Source: a virus (Duplodnaviria > Caudoviricetes). Taken from it: DNA of 31,858 bases. Under the pieces are notes generated by a model. It did no database searches. It was not told where the DNA came from and worked only from the letters and a program-made list of their open reading frames with translations. The stretch lies in the IMG/VR virus record IMGVR_UViG_3300020045_001834, positions 1 to 31,858 of that record; one strand, written 5' to 3'. Positions 24,644-31,858 of the stretch are shown piece by piece. The position numbers and the translations under genes were made by a program. The first letter of the stretch is position 1; each line of letters opens with the position of its first letter.

Positions 24644-24885
24644 CTGTTACCCCCTAGAATGGCGTTCCTAATTTCCCGCACGTCCGATTTAACCTCTGCC
24701 AAATCCTCGCGGTCAGCTTCCCTTAGCTTGTCCCGATACTTGATTTCAGACCGCAGCAAATCGTTAGCCGCATGTAGTTCTTTAAACCGAGCATCCATTT
24801 GAATGATGCGCACGATAAGCCAACTAATCGCGCTAACAACAGCCGCAATAACAGCGCCCCAGAAGTCATTCCATAGCTGGTTCAT
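24640..24885 (-). CDS. Small membrane protein with coiled-coil tail (lysis-associated?)
   Basis: One N-terminal TM and a charged heptad-rich C-terminus; directly upstream of endolysin. Confidence 0.6.
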   Translation of the reverse strand: MNQLWNDFWGAVIAAVVSAISWLIVRIIQMDARFKELHAANDLLRSEIKYRDKLREADREDLAEVKSDVREIRNAILGGNR

Positions 24886-25451
24886 ACTCGGCCCTCGATA
24901 GCCAAAACGTTGTAACCAAATTCAGCGCCAACGTCTGTCATATCAATCCTGATCGCGTTCACGTTTGGCGGTACGGTGTATGTTACGTTTGAAATTCCAC
25001 CAGTAACAGATGCAGAACCACCACCAGTTTCAGACCCAACCACAGAACTACCCCTAACCGCGCCAGTCTGCAAATCTATGACAACCGATGTTTTAGAATA
25101 ACCATCAGAACCACTAACGCCACCAGCAAAACCCTGCCACGCACCCCATGTTCCACCGCCATCACCACTAAAGCTGATACGAACCAACACAGAGCCGCCA
25201 AACGTGAATATCCCGTCAAGCATGATCTTTTTCACGCGATCAAGCCCGGTCAGCACAGAAGGCGTGGTTGTTTCGCTTGCCGTCATAAACCCACGCCATA
25301 CAGCACCTAAGGCCTCGCCCGTCACCTTTGGAGCATTAGGCGCGCCCTCGGCAATAGCAATAGGGTTATCACGCCAAGCATATGCCAGATCGGAAGTAAG
25401 CGGCGCATCTGGATCAAGCGCGCTATCTGGGATTTCGGTATAATCAGCCAT
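24882..25451 (-). CDS. Putative tail tip / receptor-binding protein
   Basis: Last gene of the tail module; RDNPIAIAEGA N-terminus and Gly/Ser-rich beta-type C-terminus; function from position. Confidence 0.6.
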   Translation of the reverse strand: MADYTEIPDSALDPDAPLTSDLAYAWRDNPIAIAEGAPNAPKVTGEALGAVWRGFMTASETTTPSVLTGLDRVKKIMLDGIFTFGGSVLVRISFSGDGGGTWGAWQGFAGGVSGSDGYSKTSVVIDLQTGAVRGSSVVGSETGGGSASVTGGISNVTYTVPPNVNAIRIDMTDVGAEFGYNVLAIEGRV

Positions 25452-27202
25452 TACGCGAACCTGTACGGCTTGGTACCGTCATCAAATACAAGGCTTGGAC
25501 CAACAAAATAAGACCCTCTTAGTTTTTCTTCTGGCGTCGAAACATTATACACCCCGCGCGTGTTCTCCGCAATTAGCCCATACCGCGAATCAAATTGATA
25601 GCCTTGCAGCCTTACATCAATAGTCGATCCTAGTTTATCATCTGACCTATAATAAACCTGCGTCAATTGCGGTGTTTGCTTGCCAGTAATGTCAGTTGCA
25701 ACATGAGTTTGCAACGTAATAACGTCCGTTAGTTCCGGGTCATCCTTCACGTCAATCTTTACGTTGTATGTTACCGGCGCTCGTTTGTATCTGTTAAGCA
25801 ACCGCCCGGTGATGATTTTAGCCGCAGCATCAGCCCCATGATTTAGCCAACGGTTATAAATCGTTTGCGTCCTTGGCAATCCGAACAGGTTTGGCGATTC
25901 CGAATCCACGGACACGGTAATATAACCACGCAGGAAGTTTTCCTTGCTCAAGTCTTTGGTCGGGTCAATCTGCACTGTCCAGAGTTCAACTCGGGTTGCG
26001 CGCTCGTTATCGTTATCCTCTGTCGTAATACTTATTATGTTATTTCTGTCAGTCCAAACCGCTGGCACTGTATCCGGCGGGCGGTTTAGCTTGATGCGGA
26101 TTTTCTGTCCGATTTCATCCCACCAAACAGTAATGCCTAGTTGGTTAATCTCGCCAATCAACTTGCTAACCCCAGTCGGCTTGCAGATAGTAGCGCTAAG
26201 TATCATACTGGCACCCCACCGATCAAACTCGGCCTGCCACTCAGCAAAGTCGATATAGCTGGCGGGGATGTTGCCATAGTTGATAAGCAGGCGGCGGATT
26301 ACTTCATCAGCCCGCAGCCTTTCAACACTGAAAGCCATCTGTACGGTATCGTTAGCGTTGTGCGTGGCGGGTTGCGTTCCTTGTTCTCCACGCGTGACTG
26401 TCATCACATCGCCAGTCCGGTTGAAACGCATGATCTCGCTGCCAACCGTCACATAGCCAGCCGCCGAATATTCGCTGTTGCCAATACCAGCCGGGGATAG
26501 CGTGAATGTAGCCGCGTCAATCTCCATATCAGCCAGCACACGGCCTTGGTTCCCGCGCGGCGCTAGAGCCTTTTTATCATCGGCCAGCGACAGAATATCC
26601 TTGGCTTTGATCGTGACATTCCCGCGCGTATCAGGCCCGGTGAATTCGTCCATCACGTAATGGCGCGTTGTTTCAGTCACCAACTCGCCAGCATCATCCA
26701 TGTATCCGTGATACACGCGCAAGGAACGGCCCGCATAGTTAGGATTGCGAGCCTTCCACTTGGTCCAGAAGCTGCCCCGCGTATACGGATCATATCCGGG
26801 TTCATCCGTTTGCGCAGTGCCGTCCATCCGTTCCGCAAAGTAAGGATCGGTCAGAGTGTCGCGGCTTGGGAAGTCACGCAGCACAACACTGATTGCGCCA
26901 CGAACGCCAAGCCCGCCCATCTTATCCGAGAACCCGGCGATATTAACCTCTTGTTCTCGGCCACCGACAGATACAAGCGCCGGGATATAGTTTCCGCTTT
27001 TAACCGGATACGACGCCATGACAAACCGCAGCGTTTTATTGCCGCGATCATACGCTTGCGTGTATGTGCATGTCTGATACGTGTTGTAGCACTTGCGCGG
27101 GTTAGCGGTCGAGAATGACGCAAGACAAGGTGCAACACCCCAATTCAGGTTGCAAAAGTCTTGGTCAATCTCTACCCAATTCATATATTTTTTAGCCGAC
27201 AT
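25451..27202 (-). CDS. Tail tip / baseplate hub-like protein
   Basis: 583 aa after the tape measure and Dit-like gene; Cys cluster C..C..CYNT..TC; VTRGEQGT motif. Confidence 0.7.
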   Translation of the reverse strand: MSAKKYMNWVEIDQDFCNLNWGVAPCLASFSTANPRKCYNTYQTCTYTQAYDRGNKTLRFVMASYPVKSGNYIPALVSVGGREQEVNIAGFSDKMGGLGVRGAISVVLRDFPSRDTLTDPYFAERMDGTAQTDEPGYDPYTRGSFWTKWKARNPNYAGRSLRVYHGYMDDAGELVTETTRHYVMDEFTGPDTRGNVTIKAKDILSLADDKKALAPRGNQGRVLADMEIDAATFTLSPAGIGNSEYSAAGYVTVGSEIMRFNRTGDVMTVTRGEQGTQPATHNANDTVQMAFSVERLRADEVIRRLLINYGNIPASYIDFAEWQAEFDRWGASMILSATICKPTGVSKLIGEINQLGITVWWDEIGQKIRIKLNRPPDTVPAVWTDRNNIISITTEDNDNERATRVELWTVQIDPTKDLSKENFLRGYITVSVDSESPNLFGLPRTQTIYNRWLNHGADAAAKIITGRLLNRYKRAPVTYNVKIDVKDDPELTDVITLQTHVATDITGKQTPQLTQVYYRSDDKLGSTIDVRLQGYQFDSRYGLIAENTRGVYNVSTPEEKLRGSYFVGPSLVFDDGTKPYRFA

Positions 27203-27983
27203 ACGCTATAATCCCAAAGCTAAGACTGGCGTTATTATGGCCGTCAATATATTCCACTTCGATTGTAGCATCTTCGGAGTTGGCGCGACAATAACCCACA
27301 TCAAGCGGTTGACCTAGCGGCCATCCAGCGTAAAAGAAATATCCGCCCTGATTATAGTGATCCTCGAAAGCGCGCATGTTAACATCAACGAATTGCCGTT
27401 TGACAAAGCCAAAATCAACTTCGGTTTCCGCACCCGTCGCCATGACGCGATTACCAAGAGCGGCGTTCTTGATCGAATCCGTGAATTCCTTGCTGTATGT
27501 GCGGGCATGATGCAGCGGCTTGTAGCTATCAACCGGAGTATGAGGGAATATCAACCGAGACGACAGAACCAATACCCCGATGTTCGCAGCAGGCCCAGCC
27601 AGAAGAACCCGCCAGTACCGTGCTGTAGCCGACTGGAATATGAACATCACATCATCATCCGACTGCGGCACATGGCTGGCAACGGTTACCCACACCACAC
27701 CGTCATCGGAACGCTGCACCGATGCCAGCGCGACACCAGCCCGGCCCATGACGTGCGATCCGATGCCGCAAGCATCAATCGCCACAGCCGCCCCGAAGTC
27801 GTACCTGATCCAGTTCTCACTAGTACCTGTGCCTAGCCAGCTTGACCATGTAGTAGGGTCAGTGACGTTGATTGCAGGGTATCCCGCAGCCTCACTGGAC
27901 GCCGCCACAGTGACGCTATCCGACTGCCAAGCTACCGTTGACTTGTGTCCGTGCGGCGCATCATTGGTGATGATTGCTGGCAT
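27192..27983 (-). CDS. Distal tail protein-like with carbohydrate-binding (discoidin-like) domain
   Basis: Directly after TMP; WIRYDFG...SDDGVVW...TARYWRV. Confidence 0.65.
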   Translation of the reverse strand: MPAIITNDAPHGHKSTVAWQSDSVTVAASSEAAGYPAINVTDPTTWSSWLGTGTSENWIRYDFGAAVAIDACGIGSHVMGRAGVALASVQRSDDGVVWVTVASHVPQSDDDVMFIFQSATARYWRVLLAGPAANIGVLVLSSRLIFPHTPVDSYKPLHHARTYSKEFTDSIKNAALGNRVMATGAETEVDFGFVKRQFVDVNMRAFEDHYNQGGYFFYAGWPLGQPLDVGYCRANSEDATIEVEYIDGHNNASLSFGIIAYVG

Positions 27984-30184
27984 TAGCTGTTATCCCTAGC
28001 GATGACGACGCGCCCGTTTTGCGTCTGTTCGTAAATCTGCGTCATGATGCTTTCCGCCATATCAGTCAGGTAGTCAGGCCCTTCCAGACGCACCAGAACA
28101 TTGCGTGTAGGCTCGACTTTGGCAGCCGATGCCGTTGCACTGGCTGCACTACCACCACCGCCTCCGCCTTTCATGGCCGACACCTGAGCCAAGCCAGATG
28201 CAAGCGTACTGGCAGCAAGCGCGGTGCGTAGGAATGGCCTGCCGATCAGCGCAGGGTCAGCAAGAACCTGCGTATATGCGAGGTACGAGTTAAGCAAGCC
28301 TTGCGCGATAGAGAACGCCTTGACCGCCGCAGTTGTCTTATTGCCGCCCGCAGAAACGATATTAGCCATATTCCCGAACAGTGTCGAATATGCGCCGAGC
28401 GTTGCCTGCGATTGCATGGCGTTGATGCGCTGTACTTCTTGAGCGTGGCGTTCGTGCGAGATACGTTTTTCTTCAAGCGCCAGATCAAGCGCCATCTGGT
28501 CCATTTGGTATTGCAGCAGTTGCTTTTCGTATTCGGTGCCGAAATAGAAAGTCTGCAATTGCGACTTCATCAACTCGTAATTTTGCTGCGATACAAGCTT
28601 CTTTGACAGCGCGGTATCAAGCTGCATCTGCCGCTTTTGATATTCTGCAACCTCGAACAGGCTTTCTTGTTCCAGCAATTCACGCAGGGATTGAAAGCTT
28701 TTTTCCGCAGCCTTTAGTTCAGCGGCTGCACGTCCGCCGCCACCACCGCCGCCGCCGCCAGTGTCCTTTTGCGCCTTTTCCCAAGCCTTGTTAAATGCGT
28801 CAACGTCACGGGTCTGCCAGTCAAAAAAGCTGCCGCCCATTTCCCTAGGGTCACCACGGCCCTGCGGTGCAGTGTCGCCTTGTCCCTGCGGCCCCATAGC
28901 TGCTATCTTTCTAGCAGTCTCTAGCGATATATTAAGGTTCCGGGCAAGAACCAAGGCAGCGTCACCAGCAGCGGAAACACCGGACGACAAGTCAAGGTTT
29001 GAGAAATCCTCGCCTAGCTTTTTCGCCCTATCAACTTGGACGGTAAGCCTCTCTGCGGCGTCGGCCATTTCAATGACTTTGATAACGGCTTGGCGGGCCG
29101 ATCCTTCAAAATCCTCAATACCGCGACCGCCAGTAAGAATTTCATCACGCAGGATTGCAGCGGCTTTGGCTTGTTCTTCAAATGTTTTTGCCGATTTGAT
29201 GTTTTCAAACAGCCGCAGCAGATTTCTGGCTTGGTCATTCGTAGTATCAAACAAGATGCGCAGATCATCAACATCAGTCGTCAACCAACCGCCAGTCATC
29301 TCATCCCGAAGCGCAGCGGCGGACGTACGTATCCGCTCCATCTCGTTAAAGATTGCAGCCTCAGTCAGTAGCTGCACGTTTTGACGCACCCTCTCATTAA
29401 TCGCGCCATAAGCCTCGTAAACATCAGTCAAGCCTTCCTGAGATAGAAGCCTTGTAGCAGAGTTTACGTTATCAGCGGCAGACTTGAGGTTACCAAGGGA
29501 TGTGGCAAAATCCTCTGTATTCTTTTCCGCCCCAAGCGCAGACATACCCCACTGCACCAGTGCAGCCGTGCCAGCGATCACCGCGAAAACCACCAGCGTA
29601 GTAGGATTGAGAATGCTAGTAAAAGCCGATGCCAGAGTAGGCCCAATCTTGCGACCTTCCGCCGTCATGGTGGAGAAAATCTGCGCTACCTGCGGACCTT
29701 GCTGCATCATCAGCGCAAACGGGTTCTGGCCCAGCGACATCATCATGCCGATGTCATTAAGCTGATAGCCAAGATTGGTGGCGTGATGAGTAGCAACATC
29801 AGTTGACTTGGCAAACTTCTGTTGCGCAGTAGCAGCCGATGCTATGGAGGTTTTGTATTGTTCCAGAGCCGTTTCTTTTTGCTGCAACGTAATAACTCCA
29901 AGCGCGACGGCCCGGTTCATACGTGTTTCAGCTTCTTGGAATTGGTAAACGGCATTAAGCGCAGGATTGAATTCTGCGGCAAGCGATTTTATTTCAGCGC
30001 CGTACTTCTCGACAACATCAGTTGATTTTGCCCACTGCCCATTGGATTTTCGCAGCGCCGAATCCGTCTTTGACCAAGCCGCCGCCATACCTACAGCGGC
30101 GGCTTGGACCTTGGCAAGATCACTGGCAGCGGTACGTGCCTGCGATGAATCAATGTCATAGACAAGAGTAGCGCGATCAACCAT
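27983..30184 (-). CDS. Tail tape measure protein
   Basis: 733 aa, Ala-rich helical; NLGYQLNDIG...GQNPF..MMQQGPQ lambda-type TMP motif; follows chaperones. Confidence 0.92.
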   Translation of the reverse strand: MVDRATLVYDIDSSQARTAASDLAKVQAAAVGMAAAWSKTDSALRKSNGQWAKSTDVVEKYGAEIKSLAAEFNPALNAVYQFQEAETRMNRAVALGVITLQQKETALEQYKTSIASAATAQQKFAKSTDVATHHATNLGYQLNDIGMMMSLGQNPFALMMQQGPQVAQIFSTMTAEGRKIGPTLASAFTSILNPTTLVVFAVIAGTAALVQWGMSALGAEKNTEDFATSLGNLKSAADNVNSATRLLSQEGLTDVYEAYGAINERVRQNVQLLTEAAIFNEMERIRTSAAALRDEMTGGWLTTDVDDLRILFDTTNDQARNLLRLFENIKSAKTFEEQAKAAAILRDEILTGGRGIEDFEGSARQAVIKVIEMADAAERLTVQVDRAKKLGEDFSNLDLSSGVSAAGDAALVLARNLNISLETARKIAAMGPQGQGDTAPQGRGDPREMGGSFFDWQTRDVDAFNKAWEKAQKDTGGGGGGGGGRAAAELKAAEKSFQSLRELLEQESLFEVAEYQKRQMQLDTALSKKLVSQQNYELMKSQLQTFYFGTEYEKQLLQYQMDQMALDLALEEKRISHERHAQEVQRINAMQSQATLGAYSTLFGNMANIVSAGGNKTTAAVKAFSIAQGLLNSYLAYTQVLADPALIGRPFLRTALAASTLASGLAQVSAMKGGGGGGSAASATASAAKVEPTRNVLVRLEGPDYLTDMAESIMTQIYEQTQNGRVVIARDNS

Positions 30185-30587
30185 GTTTTTGCCTCGTTCT
30201 AGCCTTGTCTTTGTCTGACGTGTTCTTAATCTGCTTGCGCTTTCCGTGCCATAGTATCACATCCGAATAAGCATGTCTAAACGCGCGATCCATCCCAAAG
30301 ATGCAATCGCGTTCCCATTTTTCCAGAGTAATATATTCGTGATCCTGCCACTGCCGCACTATATCAGGTGTCATGACATTTTCATAACTACCGCAAAACC
30401 CGCGAATATTCCAAAACCACTCTACCAGTTGACGGTATTCCGGCATGAGAAAAAGCTGCGGAACTGAATCCGCAGACTTATTGAACTCGTAATAAGCGGC
30501 TTTGCTATATCCGTCCTCGCCGCCCTTGGTTGTCCACTCGATTACTTGCGAGACGTGGCGCGCGCAGGCTTCTTGGACGGTTGCGTA
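30177..30587 (-). CDS. Tail assembly chaperone T segment (reached by -1 frameshift; fusion about 270 aa)
   Basis: Frame is open from the slippery site through MPEYRQLVEWFW to the stop at 30177. Confidence 0.75.
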   Translation of the reverse strand, partial: YATVQEACARHVSQVIEWTTKGGEDGYSKAAYYEFNKSADSVPQLFLMPEYRQLVEWFWNIRGFCGSYENVMTPDIVRQWQDHEYITLEKWERDCIFGMDRAFRHAYSDVILWHGKRKQIKNTSDKDKARTRQKHG

Positions 30588-30988
30588 AAATTTGTGAGAT
30601 CAGCAACCTTTGCGCTGATATTGTCACGAATCCACTTGGCGTTGGGGTGCTCGATCAGAAACCGCTTGTTTTCCTCATTGCAAGGGCTTTCCGCGTTGAT
30701 ATGCCCCCAACTATCGGAACCCCATTCCCAACTTTCGATAGCAGCAATGATAGCCTCGCGTTCAGCCTTGTCAGCAAATCTGGCAATCTGTTCCGGGGAT
30801 AGCTTCTTATCGTCGCTGGCGAATACTTCAAGCCAACGCTCGTTATCAATCTTGCGCGTTACATCTGCAACCCGCTTGCTATCAGCCGAAACAACATTGA
30901 ATGTAATCTCAGTCTTGCTGCCATCTGGCGCAATCAGATTGACCGGAATAGCCTTGTCATACTCGACAAGTTTAGAAAGATCAGCCAT
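30542..30988 (-). CDS. Tail assembly chaperone (G-like)
   Basis: Between major tail gene and TMP; SD ggagg; ends ...DLTNFT. Confidence 0.85.
   Translation of the reverse strand: MADLSKLVEYDKAIPVNLIAPDGSKTEITFNVVSADSKRVADVTRKIDNERWLEVFASDDKKLSPEQIARFADKAEREAIIAAIESWEWGSDSWGHINAESPCNEENKRFLIEHPNAKWIRDNISAKVADLTNFTQPSKKPARATSRK
30587..30593 (-). other. -1 programmed ribosomal frameshift heptamer A AAT TTT
   Basis: X XXY YYZ in the correct phase near the end of the chaperone gene; the -1 frame has a stop two codons upstream and is open downstream. Confidence 0.8.
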
Positions 30989-31013
30989 TTTATTCCTCCA
31001 TGGCAGTAAGTGA

Positions 31014-31032
31014 GCGGCCCATCAAGAGCCGC
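31014..31032 (-). other. Hairpin after the major tail gene
   Basis: GCGGCTC-TTGAT-GGGCCGC; no strong U-tract. Confidence 0.5.
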
Positions 31033-31040
31033 CCTGTTAT

Positions 31041-31526
31041 TTACGGGATAGCAGCCGGGGCAACAAACACAGGGTCTTGCGCCATCTTCCAGCTAGACGT
31101 GTGGGTAACGAAATCATCCACGCCGCCACCGCCATCATTCCAGCCGCCGATAATAACACGCGAGTAAATCGTGCTGGCAGTAAAATCAGCCGTACCATCT
31201 GGATAAACCTTGCGCACAGCATAGGCGTTCATACCAACGCCAGAGTTATCACGCAGGAAGGTTTGACCGGCGCAATCAGCACGGTAGAAATACGAGACTT
31301 CCGTTTCCATGCCGGTAGCAGCGCCAATGCCGATTACTTCCTCACCGCTGATGCAATGCTCAGACAGAAATTCAGTTTCATTGCCGAATTCAGGCAATTC
31401 AGAAGCGCAACAAATCGGCACGTAAGTAAGCGCCTCGAATTCAGCTTCCGTCAAATCTTCATTCTGCGGGGCAGCGGTGGAAATCTCCAACTCGATACCC
31501 TTGTTCTGCACACCATTGATCGCCAT
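31041..31526 (-). CDS. Major tail (tube) protein
   Basis: 161 aa, acidic; DLTEAEFEALTYV...LPEFG...DCAGQ; position; SD taagga. Confidence 0.8.
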   Translation of the reverse strand: MAINGVQNKGIELEISTAAPQNEDLTEAEFEALTYVPICCASELPEFGNETEFLSEHCISGEEVIGIGAATGMETEVSYFYRADCAGQTFLRDNSGVGMNAYAVRKVYPDGTADFTASTIYSRVIIGGWNDGGGGVDDFVTHTSSWKMAQDPVFVAPAAIP

Positions 31527-31550
31527 GATATATCCTTACATGTTTGCGTT

Positions 31551-31579
31551 AATATACACTAATCCACCAATTACCACAA
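31551..31579 (-). promoter_or_regulatory. Possible promoter upstream of the major tail gene
   Basis: TTGTGG-N17-TATATT. Confidence 0.3.
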
Positions 31580-31580
31580 A

Positions 31581-31680
31581 TCAGCCCCAAGCCATATAAG
31601 GGCATTGCGTTTCTAGCCTATTCCAAGCCTTATCCAGTCGAACAGCACCCAATGTGCGCGGCCTGTCTCGCAACGCAACA
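31581..31680 (-). pseudogene. 3' fragment of a putative tail terminator gene
   Basis: VALRDRPRTLGAVRLDKAWNRLETQCPYMAWG* in the expected slot before the major tail gene; frame closed by TAA at 31700-31698. Confidence 0.5.
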
Positions 31681-31833
31681 TATGCGCGCCGGTTGAATTA
31701 CGGGTTCACCGGGGCTGATAGTCTGGGGAGGTTCTACAATACGCCGGGCCGGTTCTGGATTGAAACGGTTGGCGCTAAATACCGCAGCATCATGCGGGCG
31801 GCTGCAACTCGTCTAAGAATGGATATGAAATGA
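31672..31833 (+). pseudogene. 3' fragment of an HK97 gp10-like tail completion gene, on the opposite strand
   Basis: ATYARRLNYGFTGADSLGRFYNTPGRFWIE...MK*; no SD-supported start, in-frame TAA at 31597. Confidence 0.65.
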
Positions 31834-31858
31834 TTGTCTCAAATATTGAGGGCAAGAT
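31830..31858 (+). CDS. Start of the next gene (MIVSNIEGK...), possibly the 5' part of the tail terminator; truncated by window edge
   Basis: ATGA overlap with the gp10-like stop; only 9 complete codons visible. Confidence 0.35.

Noticed and set aside
28730-28762. GCC/CCA triplet repeat
   Set aside because: Encodes a poly-Gly linker in the tape measure protein; ordinary.
1-31858. CRISPR array, IS element, integrase/att site, rRNA, reverse transcriptase or DGR
   Set aside because: No regularly spaced direct repeats, transposase, recombinase, RT motifs or rRNA-like sequence seen by eye.

Overview
A 31.9-kb piece of a tailed dsDNA phage with a long non-contractile-type tail module. The host is most likely alphaproteobacterial (Rhodobacteraceae-like SSB, alphaproteobacterial-type tRNA-Ile2); this is an inference. 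Two arms converge on a terminator at ~20.2 kb. The + arm (1-20186) carries DNA modification, replication, recombination and nucleotide metabolism genes: C5 methyltransferase, primase-helicase, SNF2-like helicase, HNH, N4C/N6A methyltransferase, SF2 helicase, PAPS-reductase-like protein, VRR-NUC, YqaJ exonuclease, SSB, MazG, intein-containing class II RNR, ThyX, RNA ligase and a beta clamp. The - arm (31526-20270) carries tail genes with a -1 frameshift chaperone, a lysis cassette, three tRNAs, a structured non-coding tract and accessory genes. No integrase, DNA polymerase, capsid or terminase gene is visible. Most notable: (1) a repeated intergenic cassette in which a TTGAC-N16/17 promoter has its -10 buried in a GC hairpin with G-U pairs and no U-tract; (2) a run of tRNA-sized structured non-coding modules, one a candidate pseudoknot, behind the tRNAs, plus a stem-loop displaying an anti-Shine-Dalgarno loop; (3) a C5 methyltransferase split over two overlapping frames; (4) an apparent inversion junction breaking two tail genes at the right end, possibly an assembly artefact; (5) an AT-rich PAPS-reductase-like two-gene insert. 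Family calls come from motif recognition by eye; no searches were run.
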